Assembly: GCA_963817385.1 (NCBI GenBank)
Contig: CAWFOM010000005.1
Coordinates: forward strand, 352,001-416,000
Source of the DNA: an uncultured delta proteobacterium
Lineage (GTDB): Bacteria; Desulfobacterota; Syntrophia; Syntrophales; UBA5619
Direction: 5' to 3'
Length of the DNA: 64,000 nucleotides
Position 1 is the first letter of the stretch. Every line of letters starts with the position of its first letter. Below, piece after piece: positions 10,746 to 21,194 of the stretch. A model generated the notes under the pieces. The model ran no database searches and had not been told where the DNA came from. It saw only the letters and a list, made by a program, of their open reading frames with translations. Position numbers and translations under genes: made by a program.

Positions 10746-12044
10746 CTATATCCGCTCGAGGACAATCGCCATCCCCTGGCCGCCGCCGATGCAAAGGGTG
10801 GCGAGCCCGAGGTTCAAGTCCCGCTTCCGCATCTGCATTGCCAGGCCATACGTGATTCGCGCGCCGGTGCAACCGATGGGGTGGCCGATGGAGATGCCGC
10901 TCCCGTTGAGGTTGCACTTCTCGAGGCCAATCCCCAATTCCCGCATGCAGGCGATGGCCTGGACGGCGAAGGCTTCGTTGAGTTCCACCAGGTCGATGTC
11001 CTTGATCGTAAGACCCAGCTTGCCGAAGACCCGCTTCGTTGCCGGGATGGGGCCGAGGCCCATGTAGGCGGGATCGACGCCCCCCGCCGCATAGCCCTTG
11101 ATCCGGGCGAGGGGCGTGAGGCCGAGTTCCTTTGCACGCTCTTCGGCCATGACGATCACCGCGGCGGCCCCATCGTTGATCCCGGAGGCGTTTCCGGCGG
11201 TGACGGTTCCGTCCTCTTTCTTGAAGGCCGGCGCGAGGGCGGCCAGCTTCTCGATCGAGGTCTCCATCGGGCGCTCATCCGTAGCGAAGACGAGGGGCGC
11301 CCCCTTCTTCCGGGGGATGGTGACGGGGACGATCTCGTCGGCCACGGCGCCGTTTGCGATGGCGGCCCTGGCCCGCTGGTGGCTTATCAGGGCGAGTTCG
11401 TCCTGCTCCCTCCGGGTGATGCCGTAGCGGGCGGCGATGTTCTCGGCCGTGAATCCCATATGATATCCGTTGAAGATCTCGTAGAGGCCGTCGAAGACGA
11501 CGAGGTCCGTGATCTTTCCAAAGGGCATGCTCATCCGGTACCCCCAGCGGGCATCCGGCAGGGCGAAGGGGGCGTTCGACATGTTCTCCATGCCGCCCGC
11601 CACGACGGCCTCCGCGTCTCCCGTTGTGATCGCCTGGGCAGCGAGCGTGATCGCCTTCATGCCCGAGGCGCAGACCTTGTTAACGGTGATGGCATTGGTC
11701 TCCTCGGGGAGCCCCGCATAGATGCTCGCCTGACGTCCCGGATTCTGTCCGAGCCCCGCCTGGAGCACGTTTCCCATGATGCACTCATCGAAATAGACGG
11801 GGGTGAGTGCTTCCGGATAATCATAATATCTCTTCTGGATCTCCGTTTTATCGGTATCCGTAAAGATCTCGGGACAGCAGGCGCGGACCGCGGAACTGAC
11901 TTCCGGTCTGAGTCCGGCCCTGCGGATTGCCTCTTTGATGACCAGTGCACCCAGATCGACGGCCCGCACATCCTTGAGCGATCCGCCGAAGCTGCCCACG
12001 GCGGTCCTTGCCCCGCTTACGATCACGACGTCTCTCATGAGCAT
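10746..12044 (-). CDS. Acetyl-CoA C-acetyltransferase (thiolase)
   Basis: VNKVCASG, GNASGINDGA, NEAF, GHPIG and CIGGGQG motifs. Confidence 0.95.
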   Translation of the reverse strand: MLMRDVVIVSGARTAVGSFGGSLKDVRAVDLGALVIKEAIRRAGLRPEVSSAVRACCPEIFTDTDKTEIQKRYYDYPEALTPVYFDECIMGNVLQAGLGQNPGRQASIYAGLPEETNAITVNKVCASGMKAITLAAQAITTGDAEAVVAGGMENMSNAPFALPDARWGYRMSMPFGKITDLVVFDGLYEIFNGYHMGFTAENIAARYGITRREQDELALISHQRARAAIANGAVADEIVPVTIPRKKGAPLVFATDERPMETSIEKLAALAPAFKKEDGTVTAGNASGINDGAAAVIVMAEERAKELGLTPLARIKGYAAGGVDPAYMGLGPIPATKRVFGKLGLTIKDIDLVELNEAFAVQAIACMRELGIGLEKCNLNGSGISIGHPIGCTGARITYGLAMQMRKRDLNLGLATLCIGGGQGMAIVLERI

Positions 12045-12114
12045 CCGTCTCCTTTCTGGAAGTTCACGGGAAAAATTCTCCCTCTCCCGGCACGAGGGGA
12101 TCGAGGGGAGAGGG

Positions 12115-13474
12115 TTACACCCGGATCAGCATTGCGTCTCCCTGGGCGGCCCCGGAACAGATGCCGCAGACGCCGAGGCCCCCGCCCCGCCTCCTCAGCT
12201 CATAGGCGAGGGTCATCAGGATCCGCGCCCCGGTCGCCCCGATGGGGTGGCCGTAGGCGATAGCGCTGCCGTTTACATTGACCTTGGCGAACATCTCCTC
12301 TTTCGTCATGCCCAGGATAGAGCGGGCGCTGACGAGGACGACCGCGGCGAATGCCTCGTTGATCTCGATCAGGTTGATCCGGTCAAGGGTCAGTTCGTTT
12401 TGATCGAGGATCTTGCGAATCGCCAGACCCGGCACCGTGGCGATGTCCTTCGGAGTCTGGGAGACCTCCGCATAATCGACGATCGTGCAGAGGGGTTTGA
12501 TCCCGATTTCGGCGGCCCGTTCGGCGCTCATCAGGAGGCAGACGTCACCCCCATCGTTTACCCCCGGCGCGTTTCCTGCGGTGACGCTCCCCGGCCCACC
12601 GGTGACCGTGCTCTTATGGCCGAAGACCGGCGGCAGCTTGGAGAGCCCCTCGATGGTCGTCTCCGGCCGGGGACCCTCGTCCTGGCTCAGGACGGAGGTT
12701 TTCTTCCCCTCCCGGATCTCGACGGGGAAGATCTCGTCATCCAGGCGGCCCGTCTTCATCGCTTCGACGGCGGCAAGCTGGGAATGAAGCGCCCACTCGT
12801 CCTGATCCGCGCGGCTGAAACCGAATTCGTCGGCTACTTCCGAGCCGTGGAGCGCCATGTGGCGGTTGTAAAAGGCGCACCAGAGGCCGTCGTTTACCAT
12901 CAAATCCAGGACAGGCCGCGAAGGAAGGCCCATCCGGCTTCCCCAGCGCATCTCCGTCAGGCCGAAGGGGGCATTGGTCATGCTCTCCTGGCCGCCGGCG
13001 ATACAGATCTCCGCCCGGCCGAGTTGGATCATCTGGACAAGCGAGATCGACCGTCTTGATCCCGGAAGAGCAGACCTTGTTTACGGTGATGCTGGGGACC
13101 GATTCGGGAAGCCCCGCCAGGATGGTCGCCTGGCGGCTCGGGACCTGGCCGCTTCCCGCGGCCACGACCTGCCCCATGAAGACGTAGTCCACGTCGGCAG
13201 GGCTGACCTTGCCGTTCGTCCGGCGGAGGACCTCTTTGATGGCCAGGGCGCCGAGTTCCGGGGCGGTGAAGCCCTTGAGCGCCCCGCCGAAGCGGCCGTA
13301 GGGGGTCCGGCAGGCCTCGACGAGGACGACCTCCCGGAGACCCGCGGCCCGGTTTTTCTTCCGGGCCGGCGCCGGGATTGCGGGTTTCCGCTCACCGTGC
13401 CCCGCCACGGGGGCGCAGGCGTATTTCCCCGACAGTGTCTGATCCAGTTTCTGGGGTATCTTGTCCATACTCAC
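12115..13474 (-). CDS. Second thiolase (one frameshift near 13035)
   Basis: RTPYGRFGG and VNKVCSSG in ORF 12737-13474; GGQESM, NEAF, GHPIG and CSGAAQG in ORF 12115-13032. Confidence 0.9.
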
Positions 13475-14928
13475 TCTTCAATCCTTTCGACAAATTCTAT
13501 TTCACGGGGGACCTTGTAGGAAGAGAGATAGGTCCGGCAATGCCTGAGCAGTTCCCGCTCCTCGATTGCCGCTCCGGGTTTCCTGACGACGAGCGCCTTG
13601 ACGATCTCTCCCCTGAGCAGATCCTCCTTGCCGACAATGCTGGCCGTCAGCACGTCGGGATAGAGGCCGAGGACAATCTCGATCTCCCGGGGGTAGACGT
13701 TAAAGCCGCTGGTGATGATCATCCGCTTCTTCCGCCCGGTGAGGAAGATATAGCCGTCCTCGTCCATCCGGCCGAGATCGCCGGTGAAGAGCCAGCCGTC
13801 CCGGAGAACCTGGGCGGTCATCTCCTCATCCCGATAGTATCCCTTCATGATGTTTTCGCCCTTCAGGATGAGCTCGCCGACGGTCCCTCGCGGGACCTCC
13901 CGACCTTCCTCGTCAACGATCCTGGCCTCCACGTTGGGGATGGGGATGCCGATGGACCCCGGTTTCTGGGGCATGTCGAGACGGCTGAAGGAGGAGACGG
14001 GCGAAGCCTCGGTCAGGCCATACCCCTCCATGATCTTGACGCCGAACCGCTGTTCGAAGACAGGGATGAATTCCGGGGGCATTGCCGCGCCGCCGGTGAT
14101 GCAGACCTTCAGCGAATCGACCCGGTAGTTCTCGGCGCCGGCGTGGAACATCATGCCGAGGAAGAGGCGGGGGACGGCGGCGATATAGGTAACCTTTTCC
14201 TTTTCGATCGCTCCGAAGATCCCGTCGAGGGTGAAGCGCTCCATCAGGACGACCCCGGCGCCGATCCTGAGCGGCGCCAGCATGTTCGCCACGGCGCCGA
14301 AGGAGTGAAAGAGCGGGATGACGGCGAGGCCGATGTTCCTGTCATCCATATGGCAGATCGTTCGAAGGAGCAGCGACTGGGTCAGGAGGTTGTTATGGGT
14401 GAGGACGGCGCCGAGAGGCTTTCCCGTCAACCCCGCAGTATAGATCATGACGGCGGGATCGTCGCCCGCCATCTCCGGGATCTCCAGCGTATGGGGACCT
14501 CCCGCAATGATCCTGCCGAAGGAGGACTCCTTCTCCAGGCCGGTTGTCGTGATGAGGTGGCGGCAGAGGGGGAGTTCGCTTTGGATCTCCTCAAAGCGCT
14601 TTGCAAGCGTCTCCTGGGTGATCAGGCACCGGGTGTCGCTGTTGCCTAGGAGATGTTTGAGCTCATAAGGCGTGGACTGGACATTGAGGGTCACGGCGAC
14701 GCCGCCGATCTTCTGGACGGCGAAATAAGAGATCACAAACTCAGGACAGTTGGGGAGCATAAGCGCGATCTTGTCCCCTTTGCCGATCCCGAGCGACCGC
14801 AGATGGTTCCCCAGGGAGCACGCAGCGCGGTCAAGTTCCCGGTAGGTGATTTTTCTGTCGCCGTGGATGACGGCGATATTTCCCGCATACTGTTCGGCGC
14901 TTTCCGCCAGCATGTTCCCCAGACTCAT
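13471..14928 (-). CDS. AMP-binding acyl-CoA synthetase family protein with atypical motifs
   Basis: LPNCPE, PLFHSFG, EGYGLTE, TGDLG, GRKK and NVYPRE present; P-loop reads YTAGLTGKPLG. Confidence 0.88.
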   Translation of the reverse strand: MSLGNMLAESAEQYAGNIAVIHGDRKITYRELDRAACSLGNHLRSLGIGKGDKIALMLPNCPEFVISYFAVQKIGGVAVTLNVQSTPYELKHLLGNSDTRCLITQETLAKRFEEIQSELPLCRHLITTTGLEKESSFGRIIAGGPHTLEIPEMAGDDPAVMIYTAGLTGKPLGAVLTHNNLLTQSLLLRTICHMDDRNIGLAVIPLFHSFGAVANMLAPLRIGAGVVLMERFTLDGIFGAIEKEKVTYIAAVPRLFLGMMFHAGAENYRVDSLKVCITGGAAMPPEFIPVFEQRFGVKIMEGYGLTEASPVSSFSRLDMPQKPGSIGIPIPNVEARIVDEEGREVPRGTVGELILKGENIMKGYYRDEEMTAQVLRDGWLFTGDLGRMDEDGYIFLTGRKKRMIITSGFNVYPREIEIVLGLYPDVLTASIVGKEDLLRGEIVKALVVRKPGAAIEERELLRHCRTYLSSYKVPREIEFVERIEE

Positions 14929-15343
14929 TACTCGCTTCCAACCTCTTAATTTTTCGCTCTTCCTTAACACAGGAGAAGAAGGCATTTCAATAGAATAAAA
15001 ACGCAACCCATCGTCGTTTAACTGCGGGCATCCCACGCTCCTGGCGGGCGAGGATTGATTAATAGAAGGAGAATGCGGATAGCTTCAATTTATGCCTTTT
15101 TACGAGGGCGTCATGAAGTGTCGGGTGATGATTCCGCGATTTTTGTGCGATTTTTCTTGATTGGATACTGGCTTTTCCCTATAATGCGAGCAATTCATCG
15201 AACTGTGTTCGCGGGCGGAAAACTGCCATGGTTTTCGGAACTTCACGGAGGATGCCGTCTGCCCTGCCGGTGAGATCGGATTCATAGATTTTAAACCGAT
15301 TATTCGTCTTCGAGAGTCGATCATTGAATAAGGAGGAAGGGGT

Positions 15344-15880
15344 ATGAAAAAAGCCGTTGTGATGCTGCTGCTTGCGCTGGTGTGGACCGTTTCCGCAGCC
15401 GGTGCCGCCGAACTCAAGATTGGAGATAAGGCCCCGGATTTCAAACTGAAGGATTCGACCGGCAAGGAGTACTCCCTTGAGGACCCGCGGTTCAAAGGGA
15501 AGGTCCTCTATGTCGCCTATGTGGACCCCGACGAGAAGGACACGAACAACCACGTGGAGGACACCCTGAAGAGGGAGAGGGATTCGGGCGGACTGGACAA
15601 GGCCCGTTACGAAGGATTCGGGATCGTCAACCTGAAGGCATCGAATCTCCCGAATTTCCTCATCAAGGCGTCTATCAAGAGTAAGCAGGAGAAGACCGGT
15701 GCGGTCATCCTGCTCGATTACGACTATACCATCCTCAACCTCTGGGGGGTGAAGAACGATTCCTCCGATGTGGTTGTCCTGGATAAGGAGCGCATCTGCC
15801 GCTATGTTTACAACGGCAAACTGCCGCCGGAAGAGCTTGCCAAGATGATCCAGACCATCAAGGAGTACCAAGTCAAATAG
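15344..15880 (+). CDS. Exported thioredoxin-fold (redoxin/YtfJ-like) protein without CxxC
   Basis: Signal peptide; IGDKAPDFKLKD redoxin-type N-terminus; strong RBS AGGAGG. Confidence 0.7.
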   Translation: MKKAVVMLLLALVWTVSAAGAAELKIGDKAPDFKLKDSTGKEYSLEDPRFKGKVLYVAYVDPDEKDTNNHVEDTLKRERDSGGLDKARYEGFGIVNLKASNLPNFLIKASIKSKQEKTGAVILLDYDYTILNLWGVKNDSSDVVVLDKERICRYVYNGKLPPEELAKMIQTIKEYQVK

Positions 15881-15909
15881 CGGAGGGCGAGGGGGAAGGG
15901 AAAGATCCA

Positions 15910-17070
15910 TCACCTCCTTTCCTCCTCGGTTCGTTGCCGCAGGAGTTCTTCGTAGATCACCGCGACACTTGCGGCCGCCTCATCCCAGGTATGGCTAAGG
16001 GCTGTTTCCCTGGCTGCCCGTCCCATTCGTTCCCGCGTGTCTTCCGGAAGCATCAGGCCGAGTTTTCGGGCGATCTCCTCCGGGCCGGCCTCTACCGGGA
16101 CGATGCAGCCGTTCACCCCTTCCCGGATGAGGTCACTGACCCCCATGCGGTCGCTGACGAGGACCGGCAGCGAGGCGGCCATGGCCTCGAGGACAACCAT
16201 CCCGAAGGTGTCGAACCGGGAGGGCATCGCATAGAGATCGGAGGCCGGATAGAACGTCTTGAGCCTTTCGGTCGGGATGACGCCGGCGAAGGCGACCCGC
16301 TCGCCGATCCCCAGCGACGTTGCCAGCGACACGTACTTCCTGACGGTTCCCTTTCCGACGACGAGGAGGCGAAACGCAGGTGCCGACGGCCTTTTCGCGA
16401 GAATGGCCAGGGCCTTCATAAGGACGTCGAGCCCCTTGAGCTCGAAATTCATCGACACGAAGAGGATGATCTTCTCGCCGGGGGAGAAGCCGAATTGCGT
16501 AGCTATCTCCTTGCGGCACGAGGGGCGGTCCATCTTCTCGTACCGCCCGGGATCGATACCGGGATGGATGACGCGGACCCGATCCGGTGTGACGGGATGC
16601 TCTTGAAGGAAAATATCCCGCGTCAAGCCGGAGACGGGGAGGAAAAGCCGGCAACGGAGGTCGCGGACAAGAGCGTCCTCCACGCGAGCCGTGGCCCGGT
16701 CGAAAAGGCTCGGCCTTTTGCGCCGCACCTCCCGGACCCAGAATCGATGGGGAACACCGTGGAGGGTGGCAAGATCGGCTGTGAAGATGCGGTCGTGGGC
16801 GTGGATGAGGTCGATCCCCGCTTTCCGGATCCGTCGGTCCGCGAAATAGGCGAAGCTGGGCGTCGTCAGAAACTTGGGAAAAGAGAGGATCGGAACCTTG
16901 TGAAACCGTATGCGATCGGAACCGGGAATCCAGCGGTTGGCGAAGACGTGGAACTCCAAACGGGGATCGCGGGCTAGCCTCTCCGTGAGTTCGGCGGCAA
17001 AGCCTTCCGCCCCCCCGACAAGGCCGTATTTCGGTATCACCACGGCGATTCTTAAGACGCGCTCGGCCAT
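15910..17070 (-). CDS. GT4 glycosyltransferase (RfaG/WaaG-like)
   Basis: GGAE, KGLD and DTFGMVVLEAMA motifs. Confidence 0.9.
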   Translation of the reverse strand: MAERVLRIAVVIPKYGLVGGAEGFAAELTERLARDPRLEFHVFANRWIPGSDRIRFHKVPILSFPKFLTTPSFAYFADRRIRKAGIDLIHAHDRIFTADLATLHGVPHRFWVREVRRKRPSLFDRATARVEDALVRDLRCRLFLPVSGLTRDIFLQEHPVTPDRVRVIHPGIDPGRYEKMDRPSCRKEIATQFGFSPGEKIILFVSMNFELKGLDVLMKALAILAKRPSAPAFRLLVVGKGTVRKYVSLATSLGIGERVAFAGVIPTERLKTFYPASDLYAMPSRFDTFGMVVLEAMAASLPVLVSDRMGVSDLIREGVNGCIVPVEAGPEEIARKLGLMLPEDTRERMGRAARETALSHTWDEAAASVAVIYEELLRQRTEEERR

Positions 17071-17075
17071 CTTGG

Positions 17076-18683
17076 TCACCGTACCTTGAAGAGGATGATC
17101 TTCCCCGAGTCCCGATGATGCCACGAGCCGAGCGGGATGAAGTCCCGCTCATAGGGCGAGGCGAGAAAATCGAAGCGTCCGGTCGGCCAGTTCTTTTCCT
17201 CCCACACAAGGTACTGTATCCCTCTCGATTTCACAAATTTGAGAAACTGGCCGTAGTCGTTTCCGATCAGCTGCTTGTATTTATCGTAGTCATCGGGGCA
17301 GGGGGCGCCGGGGAAGTGCAGATTGGCATAAAACCACACCCAGCGCTGAGAGCCGCCAATCGTCAGGATCTCGATTTTTTTTGCATTTCCCTCCAAGCCC
17401 GCAATGGCTTCCCCCACCGTCTTGAAGATGATTTTGTCCTCCCCTCGTGGTTTCAAGTTTTTCGGCAGGCCGAAGGCCAAGATCAACAGGCAGACCAGCA
17501 GCAGCACCACGCCTCTTTGCATAGTGAATTTTGATTGCAGTAACGAGATTAGCCGCTCCAACCCAACACCCAGAAAGATGAAGGAGGGGAGAAGGGCGAG
17601 GGAGAGCCATCGGTTTTCCATCTGCCAATAGACGAAAAGAGAGCAGTAGAGCAAAAGAAAAGCGGCGGGCACGAGCAGGCAAAAATAGAGCACCCGCACA
17701 TCGTTTCTGATCCGCTGCCCCATGGCTCCCAGTCCCATGAGGTAGAAGAGAAAAAATGGATAATAGTAGGCCTCCAGGGTATTTTGAAAAATGACGCCGA
17801 ATCCGACGAACCAGAGGATCCCTTCAATCTTATCGAAGAATTCCGTCGGAATGCCGACTTTCGGGTGACTGGTCAGCTCGGCGAGCTGCACCTTGATCTC
17901 GTGATACTGAGAAAGAAAAGCGGAAGCCCTCTGGGGGATGTCCGCGAGGCGATACCAGTTGACCCGCTCCTGGTGAAGTAGCAGCTGACTACCAATGGCT
18001 GTGAATAAAATGACGACAGCAGGAAGGAGAAAGACGGACGCTCTCCGGAGGCGTTTTTCTTCCCGGTCCATCAGGAAGTAGATCGGTGAGCAAGCGACAA
18101 AGAGGAAAAATTCGATCCGAGTCCAGGCGGCGATAATGAACGCGATACTGCTCATTATCAGATCGAGGTCGCTTTGCTTTTTGTCTTTGGTGAAGAGGTA
18201 AAGACCGAGCGTCAGAAAAAACCAGGCCGTGGAATCTCTAACGATGTCGACGCTGCCGTCAATGAGTGTCGGATTAAGAGCGTAAACCAATGCAACAACC
18301 GCTGAAATATCCTTGTTGAAAAAGCGTCTGGCAAGCAGATAGAGCGGTACCAGGGTAATAGTTCCAAAGAAGAGGGAAACGAACGTGCCGGCGGCGACCC
18401 AGTCGCCAAGGATCGGATAAACTGCGGCAATGCCAAGTGTTGTAACGGTCGGAAATGAGGCTGTGCTGCACGTGTTGACTGAATCCCAGAGGCCGTAATA
18501 GATGGCCCTTGCCTGGTTTATATAAATGGCGCCGTCCGGATTGATAACACCGGTATGCTGCCAGGCGAACAGGCGAAGCACCAATCCGAGGGTGAAGATA
18601 AGGAGAATCAGGACGATATGGTTCTTCGAGGATCCCGAAGCATGTTCTGGAAACAAGAAATCCCGTCCGCCGACCGATGGCAT
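17076..18683 (-). CDS. GT-C fold membrane glycosyltransferase (ArnT/PMT, GT39-like)
   Basis: About 11 TM helices, NPDG..Y acidic motif after TM1, soluble C-terminal domain; start uncertain (ORF extends to 18779). Confidence 0.7.
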   Translation of the reverse strand: MPSVGGRDFLFPEHASGSSKNHIVLILLIFTLGLVLRLFAWQHTGVINPDGAIYINQARAIYYGLWDSVNTCSTASFPTVTTLGIAAVYPILGDWVAAGTFVSLFFGTITLVPLYLLARRFFNKDISAVVALVYALNPTLIDGSVDIVRDSTAWFFLTLGLYLFTKDKKQSDLDLIMSSIAFIIAAWTRIEFFLFVACSPIYFLMDREEKRLRRASVFLLPAVVILFTAIGSQLLLHQERVNWYRLADIPQRASAFLSQYHEIKVQLAELTSHPKVGIPTEFFDKIEGILWFVGFGVIFQNTLEAYYYPFFLFYLMGLGAMGQRIRNDVRVLYFCLLVPAAFLLLYCSLFVYWQMENRWLSLALLPSFIFLGVGLERLISLLQSKFTMQRGVVLLLVCLLILAFGLPKNLKPRGEDKIIFKTVGEAIAGLEGNAKKIEILTIGGSQRWVWFYANLHFPGAPCPDDYDKYKQLIGNDYGQFLKFVKSRGIQYLVWEEKNWPTGRFDFLASPYERDFIPLGSWHHRDSGKIILFKVR

Positions 18684-19097
18684 CAAACTTCTCCTTTTTT
18701 TGATGCCGTTGTCTATCATAAAAGATGAACGCACGCAATGATCCGCGTTTTCCGGTAGTCCATAGAGATAATTCGTCATCCCTGATGCTAAACCGAGGAG
18801 AATCCTTTGGATGACGATCCGGTCATAGCGGGATATGCATTGCCGGATTAAGATGAGTTTTGCGTGCTGTCATTTTTGTGGATTTTTCAAAGGTCAACTC
18901 TTTGAAGAATATTTAATAACGAAACAATGGGGAAAATCCTTTCCTTTAATGCCGTCATGTCGTATAGAGACGCGGTAGGTTTTGTAATCTTCATATTTGA
19001 TTATTTAGACTACAACCCAAAGACATATGAGGGCTCTGAATTTTTTCTGAACATCTCCGTGATTGTGCGTTTGGGAGATGGGTTATTCTTTCCGGTA

Positions 19098-20171
19098 ATG
19101 AAAAATAGTCTGAACGTACAAAGTATTGAAAATATTTTATTGATTCAGCTCGGCGACATCGGAGATGTGGTTCTTTCAATACCTTCCATCAGAGCCTTAC
19201 GTGAGAATTTTCCTTGTGCCCGTCTGCTGGTTGCTGTCAGAGAAAAAGCCAAAGAATTGATTGAAGACTGTCGCTGGGTGACAGGTGTAATCCCAATCAG
19301 TAAAGATAAAAGAGGGCTTACTCAGGAAATTTCATATCAGATAGATTTTTTTTCGCGTTTGAGAAACCATGCCTTTGATTTGGCAATCGATTTAAGAACG
19401 GGAGATCGCGGGGCGATATTGGCTTTTCTTACAGGAGCATCTCAACGAGTCGGATTTTATGCCCATGATGGGAAACTTTGGCGGAACCGAGTATTTACCC
19501 ATCTACAAAAAATTGATTATCCTCTCGGACAATATGTGGCGGAGTATTACTCAAGCCTAATGGCTGCTTATCACATCAAAACAGACCATGTTCTGCCTGA
19601 ACTTGAAATCTCCGAGAAAAAACTCAAAGACGTTCAACAACTTTTTATTGATGAGCATGTTCCGACAGATCGAGCGTTTGTTGCCATACAGCCTTTTTCT
19701 TTATGGCAATTTAAAGAGTGGGGAATTACGAATTATATTCAATTGATTGATCGTATTATCTCTGAATATCGACTCGCTGTGATTATTACCGGTTCGCCTG
19801 ATGAGCGGGCGCGTGCAATGAGCATCTCAACATGTTTTGGGAAAAACGTATTCAATCTGGCCGGAAAGACAACGATCGGTATGTTTGCTGCGGTCCTAAA
19901 AGTATGCAAGCTCTTTATCGGGGTAGATAGTGCGGGAATGCATATAGCCGGGGCCGTTGGTACACCAACCGTCAATATCTTCGGCCCATCTTCACCTGCT
20001 TCATGGGCCCCGAGAGGTCTGCAACATGCGGTGGTTTACAAACCGTTTTCCTGTGTGCCGTGCAGAATGAAAGGCTGTGAAGGAAAAGAAAAAAGTCGGT
20101 GTTTGGATGAATTAAGCGTGGATGAAGTCATGTCTGTGGTGAATACCCAGTTTGAGAAGATACTGGCGTAA
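19098..20171 (+). CDS. GT9 LPS heptosyltransferase
   Basis: GDIGDVVL, KEW, LAGKT, GVDSAGMHIA and FGPS motifs. Confidence 0.92.
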   Translation: MKNSLNVQSIENILLIQLGDIGDVVLSIPSIRALRENFPCARLLVAVREKAKELIEDCRWVTGVIPISKDKRGLTQEISYQIDFFSRLRNHAFDLAIDLRTGDRGAILAFLTGASQRVGFYAHDGKLWRNRVFTHLQKIDYPLGQYVAEYYSSLMAAYHIKTDHVLPELEISEKKLKDVQQLFIDEHVPTDRAFVAIQPFSLWQFKEWGITNYIQLIDRIISEYRLAVIITGSPDERARAMSISTCFGKNVFNLAGKTTIGMFAAVLKVCKLFIGVDSAGMHIAGAVGTPTVNIFGPSSPASWAPRGLQHAVVYKPFSCVPCRMKGCEGKEKSRCLDELSVDEVMSVVNTQFEKILA

Positions 20172-20221
20172 AATATAATGATATTCGCTCTGCTGGATGA
20201 TTGTGGAAACGAAGGCGGTCA

Positions 20222-21133
20222 ATGACGATTTGCGGCTTCAGCTTTGGTAAAGATCTTGTCCGATTGAATTATCCGGTGGTGGAATCGGTACGCTCGGCGC
20301 TGTCGATATGCGATAGATTTGTATTTGTCGTCGGCCGGTCCGACGACGGTACGCGCGAGTTGATTGCCTCTGTTGACCCGAAGATCGAGATCATCGACAG
20401 TGATTGGCCTGATGTGAAAGTAGACGGTACCGTGCTTAGTATTGAGGCCAACAAGGCTATGGATTTGGCGAAAACTACCGATTGTGACTGGGGCTTGTAT
20501 ATCCAGGCTGATGAAGTAATTCACGAGGACGATCGGGAAAAGATTCGCGCAGCTTGTGAACATTGGTGCGACCATGATCAGGTAAAGTCCCTGCTGTTTA
20601 GATATCTACACTTTGTCTTGGATTATCAAACGACTGATCCTTGGATGTATCACAAGGCTTCCCGAATCGTTCGCTTGGACGACTCCTGTCACATCATCGG
20701 TGATGCCTGTGGCCCGGCTATCAGCGATTATGTCGGTGATGTCGGTAACCGCGACGGGTACCTTGACAAGAACTTTCTCGGCACCCATGTGCAATGGGCC
20801 GATTGGCCTACGACCGGATTCTTCAGCGGTCGTGCTCCCGCCCGGATATTCCACTACGGCTGGGTAAAGACAAGCATACAACTCGATGAGAAACTCGCCA
20901 TGGTTGAGAAACTGTGGTGGGGAACATTAAGCGAGGAAGAAAAGCACCGGCGTATGCAAAGTAAGTTCGGCCGATTTATCGAGCGATACCCAATCCTCAA
21001 GAATTACCGCGGCTCACATCCGGCGATCATGGATGACCGCATTGCCCGGCACCCGACATTCCAACCTTGGCGCAACCGCTGGGTGCAGCCTCGCTTTTAT
21101 TCTGAAGTTATCCTCCATGGCTTTCATGGATGA
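20222..21133 (+). CDS. GT2-like glycosyltransferase
   Basis: SDDGT, IQADEV and FHYGW motifs. Confidence 0.8.
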   Translation: MTICGFSFGKDLVRLNYPVVESVRSALSICDRFVFVVGRSDDGTRELIASVDPKIEIIDSDWPDVKVDGTVLSIEANKAMDLAKTTDCDWGLYIQADEVIHEDDREKIRAACEHWCDHDQVKSLLFRYLHFVLDYQTTDPWMYHKASRIVRLDDSCHIIGDACGPAISDYVGDVGNRDGYLDKNFLGTHVQWADWPTTGFFSGRAPARIFHYGWVKTSIQLDEKLAMVEKLWWGTLSEEEKHRRMQSKFGRFIERYPILKNYRGSHPAIMDDRIARHPTFQPWRNRWVQPRFYSEVILHGFHG

Positions 21134-21194
21134 ATCCGATAATCGTTTCGGTAGGAAGTGACGAATATTTATAGCGGGGGAAGGGGGTTTTGTT

